DNA from: Callorhinchus milii
Lineage: Eukaryota
Reading direction: 5' to 3'
Length of the DNA stretch: 64,000 nt
NCBI RefSeq assembly: GCF_018977255.1
Contig: NW_024704743.1
Location: 23,934,001 to 23,998,000 of the forward strand
Shown: positions 1 to 14,014 of the stretch, piece by piece
Layout of the letters: each line of letters opens with the position of its first letter
Numbering within the stretch: the first letter of the stretch is position 1
Made by a program: the position numbers and the translations under genes
The notes under the pieces: model-generated
Seen by the model: the letters and a program-made list of their open reading frames with translations, nothing else
Databases searched by the model: none
Told to the model about the DNA's origin: nothing

Positions 1-3000
1 TTCATTTCTGCAGAAACCCACTACAAATCCCTGTGTAATCCAATTACTCTGCTCATAACCATGCAGAGGTGAGAACACGTATATGTAGGTTTATACCTCT
101 AATGCACAGCCTTCTGCCGTGTGTGCACATATATAGACTGGATTTGCCCAGCCTATCTGTTAAAGGTTGCAAAGCCCGCTCCACCTTTTTTAAATTCAGT
201 TTGGGCGTCACAATGCGATCTGCACCGTTCAGCCTGTGCTGGTTGCAACCATTTCATTTTGTACTACATGAGAAGTAATTTTCTGACTAGCCAGTGCTTT
301 TTCTTAACGCCAGTTGCTTAGTGCCAATTTGATCTGAAGTTGTACCTGGTAGTTTATCAGTTGGGAGCAGGATACTTTTAATCCCTTTTCCACAGCTAAG
401 CCTTAACATCGCCACTTTCTTTAAAAGCTACTTTAGAGTCTAATAGAAGAGTTTTTCCCAGTGTCCCAGCCAACAATTCCCCAAATAAAACTGGTCATTC
501 ACTTCATGGTTATATGTGGAACTTTGCTGTGTGCAAAGTTGGCTGCCCCATTTGCCAACAAAAACACACAGCCACTACACTTTATGGTATGCCTATTAAG
601 TGTTTTGAGATAACCTCTTGACGTGACGTATAGTTTTGCTATGTGGAGATTATTATTATTGTTATTATAGACAAATGTTCACTGGCTGGATTTGTTGTGT
701 TAATTCTGTTTGAGAAAGTCGTAGGTAGTGATGTGTGGGTGATCAGCCAGGTTTGGATTGTCATTCAGTTTACCAGAGAGGGTGGTTGAGGCCAGGACAC
801 TGAATTCTTTTGAGAAACAGCTTGATGCTGTAATTGGGAAGATGTTAGAGTATTCTGAAAGGACGAGATCAAATTGTTTTCTTTGTGTGAACCTTTCTTG
901 TAGTGTGGAGCAAAAGAAAAGTATTTCATGTCCTCAGATGATGGTTACAAAACATTCTCTTCTTAAGCGATCATCCTTTACCTTTCACCCTCACCATCCA
1001 CCTGAGCAGGGGATATCTTTGTGATTAATTGGCTACAGAACACTTCACTCTGAAATCGTGGCATCATTAACAGCAGTTCCTGGCACAAATTGGGATGTGT
1101 GTAGTGATCACAACACATCTGCTTTTAGCTTCAGAATTTAAACATCTCCCCATTTGTATGCTTTAAAAAAAATCTCAGAATCAGAAGCTTGTGAGTTCAA
1201 ACCCCTTGTCAGGACTTCGAGCTCACAGGCTGGCTGACACTCCGACGTGGAGGGTGTGCTGCGTTGGAGGTACCTTTCTTCAGAACAGACATTACACCTT
1301 CTGCTTATTCAGGTGCATATTAAAGGATTCCATGGAATTATTTGGTATCATGGCCAAAAATTGCCCGGGTTTTAAAAAAATGGTCATTTACCTCATGGCT
1401 GTTTCTAGGACATTGCTGTGCTAAATCGGTTATCATGTTCACATACAAAAATGCAGGTTCTACACTTTATACAAACTTTTAGATATTTTGGTGGTAAGGC
1501 TGTATATCAAATGCAACATTTATTATTATCTGGACTTTCAGACTCAACAGTCCACTGAAGATGTTAGTTTTTAATGTATTTTGAGATACAAATCGCTGTA
1601 ATTTTAATTCCAATCTTCTGGACATCGGTCGTCTAATTAATCTGTGTTTTCTGCCCCGATATTTTAAATGAGTGAGTGGGGAATAAAGAGCATGTTTTAT
1701 AAAAACCTGAAAGGAGGAGGAAATTCAGGAATGGTTAGCTTCAAGGGAAGTAACAGCTTGATTGCAGGTGGTGAAGCCAGCTGATGTGAATAACAGGCAG
1801 TGCTGGGATTTAAGCAGAGACCACAGTGTTTGCTGTGGGATTTTACAGCTTTATCTGCGCGTATTCATTAAAATGTTAGTTTACCTCGCTCCTCACAAGA
1901 TGCATCCGATCTCATCATTCTGGGCTTTTCTTTTATCCGTGTTTACAAAGACTGTGACTGATGTCTAAAGTCTGTCTAGAGTTCAGGGATTTCTTGTGGA
2001 GCAAGATAACAGAGGATTCATTTGCTTGTGAAGAAAAATGCTTTAATCCAGAACAGAGTTCATGGTCTTTTCTTTTGGCAATGGAACAGTGTGGGGAAAT
2101 TACAGGCATCCTCCAGACTGCAGGGCTGACAGCACAGATTACCTGCCGAACAAAACAATTGAAAGATGCACAGTCTGCTGGGGAAATTGAAGCATGGAGT
2201 TTACCGGGGAGCTTTCAGTTACCAAGCACACCTCGCTATTTAACTAACTCAGTTGTGATCCCTTGTCAGACAATGAAGTGGAATCTGCCACTGAGAATAA
2301 GTTTGAAAGCACAGTCATTCTCAGACCAATAGGCAGAGATTGAAATTTACAGCACAGAAGAAGGCCATTCAGCCCATTGTGTCAAACTGATAGATGGCAT
2401 TTTGCACGCAATGCCACAAATGGTTATGGGGGAGGGGGTTACCAGATCTCATCTAGAATTTGACAGGAAGGGCACAGTGCATGGGATTTCTGAGCTTTCC
2501 GCTTTTCAGTCTCTTGTTTGAATAGGTGATGCAAGTAGAATTTGACGAGTATATGAAACTGCATTGAGGAGATGTCATCTCACCCAGGAATGTTGTTTCA
2601 CACACGGCAATGAGTTTTGATGGAACAGCTGACTGTGAGGGCTTTGGAGGAGAATAAGAAAATTAGATGAGACAGAATGGAGCTTGAGATTGTTAAGGGC
2701 TGAGAAAGCCAAGCCTAACAATATGAAGAGCCACTTGTCAGGACCACTTGTGTCTTGCCAGTGTCTGTAGAAGCAAAAAGGAACAAGCTAGTTTGTTTGA
2801 TTGAGAAACCCAAAGGCCCATCAAGCCTATTCTGTTGCCTATGTGTCAATGCCAGAAATTCTGAACTGTGCCTTCTTTTTATATTTTTATTGTATTTTTT
2901 GTATTCCAAATGTTCTCCCTTTCCTTCCTGAAGGTCCTGAAACATGCTGAGGTATCATTCCACAGGCACCGTTCACCCCTTCCTCTTGCCACTTAACTGG

Positions 3001-4164
3001 ACATTCTTCACACGTATGCTCGCCCACACAGGGAGCTAACAGGCTATTCAGCTGCGGGAGGCTATGCAGTCTGATCCTGCCTTGACGTGAAGTTGGATTG
3101 GTTGTAATGATATCATTCAAGGCACCTGTAATTCTCTCTGAACACTTGGGTTTACACAGTTTACGCATCACTGACATAACAATTCCCAATGTGCAGATGC
3201 CAGAGGCTAGGAATACTATCTCGTCTTAGCCTGAAATACTTTTTTCTACCTTATGATTTAAGATCACATTTGCCACAATTCTCAAGCAGACGTGGTTTCC
3301 AATTTTAGATTCAATCTAAGATTCTTTAGCAATTTAGCGTGATGTTAAATATTAAACCAAAATATTCTGAAAGACTAAATCCAGGTGGAGTTCAGCTCTC
3401 AGGTACATTCCCTGAAGGAGATTAGACAGCTCTCTTGCACCTTCTAGTGGTTGGCTAGAGAACAGCATTAGCTGAGCCCTGGTCATCTCCAGCTGTCATC
3501 TCAGCGATGCGAGGCGGGGGCAGGAGGAATGGGGGAGATTCAAGAAGGGAGATATTTAATGATGCTTGAAGCTAATTATGGATCTTGGGAGTTTTCCGAA
3601 AATCAAAGCATCAATTTCATTGCGTTCACAAATGAGCTAGTTTAAAATACAAGAGAGATTTAATGAATGTGTCTTTTTGGTGGTGGGGGCGGGGGTGCGG
3701 GGTTGAAATGCTTATGACTTTTAAAAGAAAGTTCACTAAGTTCAGGGACTCTGCTGTGAAGAAATTAGACTGGAGAAAGGCCTCATTAAATGAAAGCGAT
3801 GTATCTCCAATTGTTTCAGTATCCTAATTCATCAAACTAAACAGTTAGGAATACTCATGGGAATGGTCTACACTTCATGAAGAATTACTTGAAGTGATTG
3901 TCAGTGAAGAGTCAAACTGAGCAGCGCTGAGTGGGTGGGAGAGTTGGCATCTCAATACCCCCGTTGTCTTGAGAAAATGAAGTGTCCTTCTTGAACCCAC
4001 TGAGAAACCCAGCCAAAGCTCTGTGAGGAGCTAAAAGGGGAAGAGGATAGTGCAGATTGAAGATGAAAGAAGCCTCCGAGGATTACGAGCCCAAGAAGAA
4101 ACAGAAGACCTATCTTAGACATATCTGCATGCACAAACAGTCGAAGGGGGATGGGCAGGAAGGG

Positions 4165-4590
4165 GAAAGCTAAATAATAGCTCAGTCAAAGAGGTGGTCT
4201 TGCAACAGACTTTGAATGAGGTGAGGGAGGGAGCGAGTCAGAGCGACTCAGGGAAGGAGTTCAAGAGAGTGGAAGCAGAAAGGCTGAAAGCCCGCCTGCT
4301 GATGGTAGGGCAGGTAGTGTGGGGTACACAAAGCAAGCCATTGCCAGTTGAGTGAATGAAGTGCCCATATTGGTAGGGTTTGAGGAGGGCACAGATGTAG
4401 GGTGGAACAAGACGATGAAGGGATTTGAAAGTGAGGGCTAGGATCTTGAACTCGATCCACTGGGAAATGGTGGTGATAGGCTCACAAAGCCTTGTGCAGG
4501 AAAAGATGCGCTGCAAAATTCTGTATAGTCTGTAGCTTGTGTAACAAGAGCTGGGGAGTCCAGCAAGCAGTACATTGGTGTACATTGAAT
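4165..4590 (-). mobile_element. L2-clade LINE fragment
   Basis: ORF 4238-4615 contains LLAGLPS...IEFKILALTFKSLH.L.PPYI..LL, the L2 ORF2 C-terminus. Confidence 0.85.
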
Positions 4591-6104
4591 TAAATGGAGC
4601 TAAATGGGCCACCAAAATGTATGGTACCTTAGCACTTGAGACACTGCTCCTGGGGACCTGAGGGGTCTTCTCTTTAGGTATAATGTAATTTATTATTTGA
4701 TCCAGAAAGTGTCTCCGCCGAACTTTCCTCCCCCTTTAATTAGTGAGTGTCAAATTCAGATAAACTGTAAGTGAATGTAAAATAAAGAACCATTTCTGGT
4801 TGCATTCTAAGGATAAAGGATTTAGAAACAAAAGGATAATCCCAATAGACACTCGTTTGCAAAGCAGGATTGTGTCTAAAATACCTTACCGTGTGAGTAC
4901 TAGTTTGGCTGGTAAACAAGAATCATTTCCACACGGCTGCTTTTATCTCTCAGATTAATTACACTTTCTAATGTTGATTTGGTTCATTTTGTGTTCTTTG
5001 ACATTGATTTAGCATTTACATGATTTAGCATTCATTTTTATGGCAGGATTGTTTATTAAGAGACAGTTTAGTGACAGTTGGCAACTGGATGTTTTTTTTC
5101 GTTGTCAGGATGTGATTGTTCATTAAATCCAGCTTTATGTATTTATAATGTAATTTGCACGTTCGAAAGTGTGACTCATTTTGACTTTTCCACGTCTTGT
5201 TTTGGAAATAACCGATAATTTTGGAAGCCTTACATTTTAGCTTGAGTCTCTTTAGTATTTATGTGCGAGTTACATGATTCTTTACTCGCACTTTGTGCAG
5301 GAGCAACACAAATCATACACAGCTGTATCATGTTTATAGCGTTAACCGTTCAATACCCGAATCAGTGAGCGGTTAATAAGAATCTGTGCAATTAATTTCC
5401 ACTGCCTAACTCAGAGCGGTAACGGGTGACACCTCTACAAGTGTCAGACGGTAGTAATGAATATCGTAAATAGCTGCTTGTAGCTGACAGTTTCATCATC
5501 ACCCAGTGTAAGGTGAGACAAGTAACCAGATCTTAATCCCTACACTAAACCTGTACTAAAGAACACTTATCGCATCCTTCTGGGACTGGTTACCTGCAAC
5601 AATTGCAAAATGAAACCAGACATCAAAGGTATGCTTCAGAACTAAGTGCCTGATCATTCCAGAATATTATTGTGAAGTGGGAGATAATTAGGTGGTGATC
5701 TGAAGGTTTTATTCCAATTCAGTCAGAAGCGGAGGAAGACTTGAAGTAGGGAAGTCAAACATTGCACACAGCACTGATTCTTTAATCAGTGGCATGAAGT
5801 ACTCTATCTTGTGTTCTCATGTTGAATTCTCATCCAACTGAGAAGTTTCTCATTCCTAATCACTGTAAAGTGCATGTGCGCAGGTCAGGAGAGAGCAGCA
5901 TCCAGTTCAGTTGTGATATCCCAGTTCCCATTGTTTGGGCTTCTACATGAGGAATGGTCCATTGGGCAAGGAGTTCATTCTTAAAACATTTTGTCATCAT
6001 TGAATGAATATTACAGTGATAAAGATGTTTGTAACATTTCACTGATATTTTTACTGAAATAATAGAACTTGCAGTATCCTACAAACTGCGGGATAAAAAT
6101 GTAA

Positions 6105-6525
6105 GTCTCAGCCTGGCTTAGTTGGTAGCACTCTCGCCTCTGAGTAGGACGATTGTGAGTTCAAGCCCCAAATCAGGTTTTTGAACTCACAGTCGAGGCT
6201 GACTCCAGACAGTGCTTGTTGGAGATGCCCTCCTTCGGATGAAATGTTAACCCGAGGTCTTGTCTGCCAGTTCAGGTAAATGTTAACGATCCTATTTGAG
6301 AAGAGAAGGAAGATTCTCCTGGTATACTGGCCAACAGCCCCCAGATAAAATTGGCCTTTAATTTCATGGCTATTCTTGGGATATTGTTGTGCGAAAATTA
6401 GCTGCCATGTTTGCCTAGAAATACACAGTCATTACACTTTACAGTGTACCCTGTCAAGTGCTTTGCGACGTCCTCCCGATGTAAAAGGCGCTATATCAAA
6501 TGCAAGGACTATTTTTATTTATTAT
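6105..6525 (+). mobile_element. Long Deu-domain SINE (SacSINE1/AmnSINE1-like), near full length
   Basis: Head ggcttagttggtagcactctcgcctctgagt...gagttcaagccc; central ggagatgccctccttcggatgaaatgttaacccgagg...ctggccaac; L2-type tail aaaggcgctatatcaaatgcaag. The family name comes from my recollection of DeuSINE consensus motifs. Confidence 0.82.
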
Positions 6526-7065
6526 TCCCAGTAACATTTGCAAAGGACTTGATGGAAGTCACTGCTGCCGTTATCTACTTCTGAGCGCAAGAGCAGAGTT
6601 TCTGCAGTTCAGTGTGATCCAGTTCTGGTTACCGGCACGATTCAATATGCACAAATCCTATAATAATCCTTACTTTTGATATAGGACCTTGCGTGTTGGG
6701 AGGACATCTTCACAGGCTTCACAGGATACACGTATACATGTAAGTGAACGTGCAGCCAATTTATGCACAGCAGAATCCTGTGACAAACCACATTGCAAAT
6801 ACAGGAGCTTGGACCCCAATTTTAAAGAACATTTCTTAATTTGCTTGTTTTGCTATCTGTTCAGTGGTTAAGACACTGGTAGCAAATTTGAAGTGAACCC
6901 TGGTGAGGTGGTGCCACCACCAGATTGACTACCTTAGAATTCCTTGAACTTCAATTCCTTGAATATGATATATCTGCAAATAATAATAAAAATAATAATC
7001 CTTACCTTTAGTATAATACTTTTCATGTCGGGTGGACATCCCGACGTGTTTTACGACAGCATTTT

Positions 7066-7560
7066 ACAACAACAATAATTTGCATTTATATAGCGCCTTC
7101 AAGCAGGATGGTGTCCTGGAGTACTTGACAGTAGCAGAGTCTGACCCCGAGCCAGAGAGAAAGGGAAGGGGAAGAGGGGGGGGAAGGGAGAATGAGAGTG
7201 AGGAAAGGGAGTGAGGGGAAGGGAGGGGGAAGACGGAGTGGGGTGGGAGGTGACCATAAGCACAATCAAAATGGTGGAATTTGAATTTGGGGAGGGAGTG
7301 GGCAAGGCGGAGGGATTCAGGGAGAGAGTTCCAGAGTTTCGGGGTGTAGTGGCTGAAGGCGTGGCCACTGATGGTGGAGCGGAGGGGACTAAGGGACAAA
7401 CATGAGGATGGAGGCAGAGGGTGGGGAGGAAGCAAATCGGATAAGTAGGGAGGTGCGAGGGCAAGAAGGGATTTGAAAACGAGTGAGAGGATCTTGAAAT
7501 CGATTGGTTCAGTAATTGGGAACCAGTGGAGCCTGGCAAGGATTAGTGTGATCGGGTGTC
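7066..7560 (-). mobile_element. L2-clade LINE 3' end
   Basis: AFSHYTPKLWNSLPESLR motif, purine-rich 3' UTR complement, and caacaacaataatttgcatttatatagcgcc tail. Confidence 0.85.
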
Positions 7561-9584
7561 TTTACAGTGTTTCAGTTTTACTGTAAAGACTGTATATTTT
7601 GTGAGCAAACCCATTATAACACATGAGAATCAGTAATAATGGCCATAGGATTACATAATTCACCACCTTTTACCCAAAGCTTTTAATTATCGTGGCCTAA
7701 AGTATTTTACAAAAGCATCGCATTGAGTTGTATATCTCTGGAACAAGCATCATGAGGAGCCTGTTTGCAGGAATTACAGATACAGAAAGGGTCTAAGTCA
7801 GAGCCTACTGCCAATGGCAGATGCTGATAGCTTCTGTTTTGCTTTGCTCCAGCAATACACCATCACTGAACAGCTCAAACCTATGTAGATCTGGGGGGTT
7901 TTCTCGCTCAACAGATGTTCAGTATTTAAATACAGGTTTTCAGTGGAGCGTTGTGAATTTTGAACAAGCGTGTTTGCTCGTGGCTTGATTGACTGTGTCA
8001 TTGACTTCTTTCGTAATTATGCTTTTGCTGCAGGGGCCTATTACTGATTCAAGCGTTACGAAAGGCAAAAAAAATCTTTGTTGAAAAATGATTTCAGCAG
8101 GACATCCGATAATGACACAGATTTCTAAATAAGCGTTACAGTTCTTAGCAGAAAAAATCTGTGATCAGTTTTTTTGATTCATTATTCTGGCACTAATGGT
8201 ACAGCCTGCTACTTTACTTAATGCAGCTAGCTCAGGTCAAGTACACATTATGAAGTGACCTCCTTTGTGCAAACAGCGTAATGGATAATTAACTGGATAA
8301 TTGTTCATCAACAGCACTGTGTCTGTATGCTTATTTTATTATAGTATTGACTGTTACCTGCTGGTGTATTTTTGAATTAAAGTTGCAATTTACACAGGGC
8401 TATCCATTAACGGAAATCTCATTATATTTTACTCTGGGTTCAAAAACAGGGCAGCCTGCAACCGAACCATTTACATGGTTGGCTTTTATCCAGAGGGCTG
8501 TGAGCTTGATTCCATGAGCTGTGTGCAGCAGATTCAAGCTCACACTCCTCTGGATAAAAGCCAGAGGAAGCTGATTTGCCTGCTACTCAGGTATACTTGG
8601 CTGGTCACTGAATTTCTTCATTTCTTAGTCGGGCAACGAGTTGGTGAGTCACATAACAAGCAATAGCTTACCAGGTTGGTGCGCTTAGTCAGTCACACCC
8701 CAACCAGCAGGTCAAAGTGTTAAGCACCTCAGGACATCCTCCTGACATAAATTGGGTTGTATTGCAGATGGATAATTGGTGTCTCGGTTTGATCTGGAAT
8801 TGGTGTGCTTCAGGTATTAAACCTGAAGATCTTTGAACCTCACTCTAGATTCCTTCCTACAGTACTGTTTGAGTTCCTTCAATCCATTCAAAGGATGCCT
8901 TTGCTTTACCTAACTCCTCAGCCATCCAAGCCAGAATAGTGCCACTACTGTATAGACTGAAAATGATCCTCACCGTTCTAAGTGGAAAGGGCTGAATCTC
9001 TGTGTGAAACAAAACAACTTTTTGCCTCTTGTGAGAAGTGTTCTTTGGCCCTTCAGTTCCTAGCCGTAGACCAGTCAGACAGCTAGTGGAATACATTTCA
9101 CATTGCTACCACGTGGTTGGGAAGAAATGTCCGATTGGATTAAGAGTCATTGAGCTCACTGTACAGCATAGGTGATCCTTAAACATTATCTTACACTGCA
9201 ACTGCAATTCTTCAATTTGGAGCAATCTTTCTCTTTTCACTGAACGTTGTTCTCTTCATCAGTTGCCTGGTGACATGTACAGGAGACATCGTTCCATAAA
9301 TAGGAAGGAATGATAAAAATGCCCAGAGGTCATCGAGTCACTCCCAGAAAAATAAGCTTCATTCCCCCATCCTTCCACTTACCAAAAAATGGCACATACT
9401 CATTACTCCAGTTGCTGGCCAGTCAGATGCTACTCTGTGAAGAATATCCTGGAAGATATTCCATATGAAGAAATGTATCCAGTCTTAAAAGAAATGGTGA
9501 AACTCATAAGCAATATATTTTGTGAAAATGGGTGTGCTGTGAGCCAGAGGTCTGAGATGCTATCTTGCGTGAATGGCACTTGCA

Positions 9585-9905
9585 GAGTCCTGTAGTTCAG
9601 TGGTTAGAGCACTCGCCTCACAAGTGAGAAACCTCCACACACCTCTGTTTACCTAGCAGTAAGTAAGGAACCCAGTTGTTAGTTGATTCACGGATCGCTT
9701 TTCCGGAGGTAATAATTCCTTCACAAAAAATAATGATAATAAATTGGTCACTCAATCCACGACTACTTGTGAGACATTACTATGTGCAATTCGCTGCCAC
9801 GTTTCGCCCACAAAATATAGTCAACTCACTTTACATATTCTGTGAAGCGCTTTGAGACTTCTCAAAGACATGATAAGGCGCTATATCAAATGCAAGGATA
9901 ATTAT
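9585..9905 (+). mobile_element. tRNA-headed SINE, long variant, with an internal deletion in the head
   Basis: Same head and tail as 15294, plus the segment cctctgtttacctagcagtaagtaaggaacccagttgttagttgat. Confidence 0.88.
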
Positions 9906-10195
9906 ATATAAATGCGAGTTGTTGTTGTTGTGCCTTTCTCCGTTTTTGCTCGGGCGGCTAGCTATAAATGGTTTGCACTTCTTTACTCATGAACCGTACA
10001 ATCACCTAACATGTGGAAATAAAAAAACTATATCACACAGACCTGACAAGATTTCTCAATGTGCTTCATCGTTTAACTTCACTATTTGAATCTGATCTTT
10101 GTTGCTCTGTGCAGTCAGTAGAGACTCACTTGCCTGATAGGATCAGAAGCGTCAGAAAGGATCCGTCGGTCAAAGCTGATTTATTCTTTATTATT

Positions 10196-10440
10196 AACAA
10201 CAACAACAACAACAAGATTCCATTTATAAAGCGCCTTTCACGTCAGGAGGACGTCCCAAGGCGCTGCACAGTTGGGTCATGACCTGAGCAGGGGGGAAAT
10301 GGTCAGGGTGAGGGGAGGGAAGGGAGGGAGCGAGGAGGGGGGAAATGGTCAGGGTGAGGGGAGGGAAGGGAGGGAGCGAGGAGGGGGAAGAGAGTCGAGA
10401 GGGGAGCTGAAGGCTCGGTCAAAGAGAAGATCTTTGAACC
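10196..10440 (-). mobile_element. L2 3' UTR fragment containing a 46-bp tandem duplication
   Basis: (CAA)n tail and gcgcctttcacgtcaggaggacgtcccaagg match the L2 3' ends at 13800-13870 and 37141-37210. Confidence 0.8.
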
Positions 10441-11247
10441 TCACTATTATTATTATGGTGTTTATTATTAAACACCATAAAGAAACAAAGAATGAAATCT
10501 GGATGAGAACCTTGGAGAAGAACAAATTAATTGTTTTTTTCCTGACATGTTTGTCCATTCCGAATCGTTTTGCTCACAAGCTCCTCTGCCCTTTGGCAAA
10601 GAACAAGATTGAGAACATTTAGAACATGGGCGTCTGAGTTCAGCTTCTTGAAGAAAATTAACTGTGCGGATGTCAACTGATTATGAAGCTCATAAAATTG
10701 TAATATTGTTGCAAGGTTTTTTTCAGCATTTTTAATCACTCCAGAGATCATTTCAATATTATACCAGTAGCTGCTGCAAAATGTATCATCGAACATGAAA
10801 TAAGAAAGTAGAGTATCTGCTATGATTGCATATGTTTCTGTGGCAAGTTGGATGCTGGAATTCATTCCAATGTCAGAAATCAGGAACATTTGTGGCAATT
10901 AAAGTATTGCTGCGCTTGATTTATCCTGTTATCATTTTGATGAAGTATCGCACAGCAGTAGAGCTCAATGAGAATAAAATATGAAACCATCAATAATGGA
11001 GCCTAATAGAATTACCTTAATAAACCAAAGCATTGAGGCCAATCATTTTTTTCCTTGTCTGCTCGTCTTGGTGTGAAACTGTTTCAGTTTGGCACAATTA
11101 GATTTTTTTTTACTTGCCCTAAGTTCGTCATTTGCACAACTTAAATTTTAATACCACACATCTAATACCTCCTCGACCAGTTTGACTCCTTTATCCTTCT
11201 ACAGAGCCCCAGCTCTATTGAGGCCCTCTAGTCTTTATTAGGTCATG

Positions 11248-11310
11248 ATTTTATGATATATTTATATATATATATTTATATTTTATGATATATTTATATA
11301 TTTATATATT
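11248..11310. repeat. (TA)-rich microsatellite with an internal duplication
   Basis: ttttatgatatatttatata occurs twice within an (AT)n run. Confidence 0.8.
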
Positions 11311-12202
11311 GACAAGGTATACCACATAGCGAGTTCTGATCCATTTCATGCCTGGAGATCACCAATTTATCCTTCTAACCAGGAGGAATGGGGATACAAG
11401 TGGGGACAGGAATCGAAGTAGTGATCTAGGAGTGAAATTCCTGATTGATTTTATTTCAGGTTATTTTTATATTTCGGCTCCTTTATTTCAGGTGTGGAGG
11501 CCAATTATAGCACCCCTAATTTCACCCTGACTGAAATCAACTAACTCAACACAAACCTGGGATCTTCCCAATGTGTACAGCTTATCTACACATTGAATGA
11601 TCAATGGAGGCTTAAATAAACATTGAGAAGGGACTGGTTATAGAGTTTCTTTGCCCTTATTTCTCTGTGTCTGGTAAAACTGAACAGAAGCTTGGTTAGA
11701 ATTTATCCTTCACATTTCAAGCTTCTAATTTTGTTCTCAATTTAAACTTAATTCCCCAATATCTATTTTTTGGAGCCCACCATGAGAAGGCTTGAGGGGG
11801 CTAATGTATGGACTGGTGTCTGTGGCATATGAACCTTCTTCTGAGGGGGTAGGAGAGTGGCTTGGTTTCAAGGTGTAACATAGGCAGCACAAATATCCTG
11901 CACTCATCTTTGCCACTTCCCGTTCTGAGAGAATGGTTTCTCGTTCTAGCTTTTCAGAGTTGAAGATTTTTCCACACAATTTTGCATCACCTTAAATGTT
12001 AAGATAAAATGGATCCTATAGGCAACGATGTGGAAGTTTAGCCTTGAATGTCAAGAAGCCGACACATTCGCCCACAAATATACGGTCAATTCACTTTAAA
12101 GTGAATATTCTGTAAAGCGCTTTGAGATGTCTACAAGACGTGAAAAGCGCTATATCAAATGCAAAGATTATTATTATTATTTCAGTGTCATTTTGTGACT
12201 TA

Positions 12203-12660
12203 CATCAGCCTGGCTCAGGCTCTGAGTCAAATGGTTGTAGCTTAAAGCCTTGAACTTAAAGCAGTTGAATTCAAATAGTCCAGTTTGGCATTCCAATACA
12301 CAGTTGGGGCTACGTTGCTGAAGTTATAGAAGTGCCCTCCTTTAGATGAGATGTTAAACTGAGGTCCAGTCTGAATGCTTAGGTGAATGCTAATGATTCC
12401 ATGGCACTACTCGAAAAGAAAAGGGACTTTATCCCAATCTCCTGGACAATGATCCCCGAAAAATTGGTTATTTTGTTTGTGGTCATGGCTGTTTGTTGAA
12501 CAACATCTGTCTGACCAAAAAAATAGCTGTGTGCAATCAGGCTGCCATGTTTACCTACAAATACGCAGTGACTCCACTTCACAATACATCCTTTGAATTG
12601 CTTTAAGATGTCTCGATGATGTGATAAGGCACTATATCAAATGCAAGGATTATTATATAT
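12203..12660 (+). mobile_element. Long Deu-domain SINE
   Basis: gtgccctcctttagatgagatgttaaactgagg...gattccatggcactac plus tail, aligning to 6105-6525. Confidence 0.8.
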
Positions 12661-12951
12661 ATATTAAATATGCACTCTATTACTTTTGCAACTAAAGAAG
12701 CTATGCACTGGATTCCACAGAGAATCTCTGTTAATGAAATTTATTTTTAATGAATTCAACCTCCCGCCCTCCCTTTTGCAAAATACAACCAATTACCAAT
12801 TACGTCTCACAGGAATAAGTACATCTATTTATATTTAATTCAGCTCTAAATGTATTGGTGTTTTAGAAGCTTTTTGTCTATGAATATTGAGAAGAGCCTG
12901 TGTAACATACCCTTGAAGGAGAAATATGGAACAGAGTATTAATGTAGACAC

Positions 12952-13871
12952 ATGTATGCAGATGAACCCCAACTCTATCTCACTATCTGCCTGTCCGACA
13001 TCAAGTCTTGGACGAGGGACAACTTTCTCCAACTCAACGTCAGCAAGACTGAGGCCCTCCTGATTGGCTCACGCCAGCACCTCTGCACCTTGGGCGCTGG
13101 CAGCATCAACATCCACGGCTGCACACTCAACCTCACTAAGCCAGTCAGGAACCTGGGTGTCTTGTTTGACCCTGAACTGTCCTTTCTCCCTCACATCCGC
13201 GCCATGACAGGCACTGCCTACCACCACCTCCGCAACATAGCCAGACTCCGCCACTGCCTCACCCCTCAGGCTGACAAAACGCATTCGTCACATCAAGGCT
13301 CGATTATGGAAACTCCCTCCTCATCGGCCTTCCCAGCTCTTCCCTTCACAAGCTGCAGATCATCCAAAACTCTGCAGCTCGTGTATTCTCGCGTACCAGG
13401 CTCCGTGACCCCATCACTCCCACCCTCACCCGACTCCACTGGCTCCCCATCCCCCAGAGGATCGAATTCAAGATCCTTGTCCTCATTTTCAACGACATCC
13501 ATGGCCTTGCCCCCTCCTACCTTTCTGACCTGCTGACTCCCTATCAACCTGCCCGCTCCCTCCATTCAGCAGGCTCCGGTCTGCTCCATGTCTCCCGCCT
13601 GACCCGCCCTACTTTCAGCTCTCTGCCCCCACACTCTGGAACTCCATCCCACAGTCTCTTCACCTCGCTTCCTCCCTTGCCTCCTTCAAGGCCGATCTCA
13701 AGACCCTCCGCTTCGATCATGCCTTCATTCCCCCTCCCACCTCTCTGCCTTCCCTCACCCCTCCCCCACCCCTCCCCCATGCTCGGGTCCTGAACCCTGA
13801 TTGTCCAGCACCTTGGGACATCCTCCCAATGTGAAAGGCGCTCTGTACGTGTAATTTTGTTGTTGTTGTTG
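12952..13871 (+). mobile_element. L2-clade LINE, 5'-truncated and relatively young (RT C-terminus, 3' UTR, (TTG)n tail)
   Basis: ORF 12952 reads YADEPQLY...DIKSW..NFLQLNVSKTEALLIG...VRNLGVLFDPELSF.PHI, typical of L2 RT. It is frameshifted near 13275 and ends in gtgaaaggcgct...ttgttgttg. Confidence 0.93.
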
Positions 13872-14014
13872 TGGCTTACATAAAGCTGTGTATATAGAAT
13901 TACATAGAATGATACGGTTTGGAGACAAGCCATTTGACCTAACCAGTCATCAAAGTTTTAATGCAGATATTGAGTTTTCATTTTTATCACCTTTTCTCCA
14001 TTAGGATCTGATTA

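Noticed and set aside
12952..13536. Reverse-transcriptase-like ORFs (also 37179-37826 and 42282-42863) as functional genes or a retron-like system
   Set aside because: They are 5'-truncated, frameshifted L2 LINE remnants with typical 3' tails.
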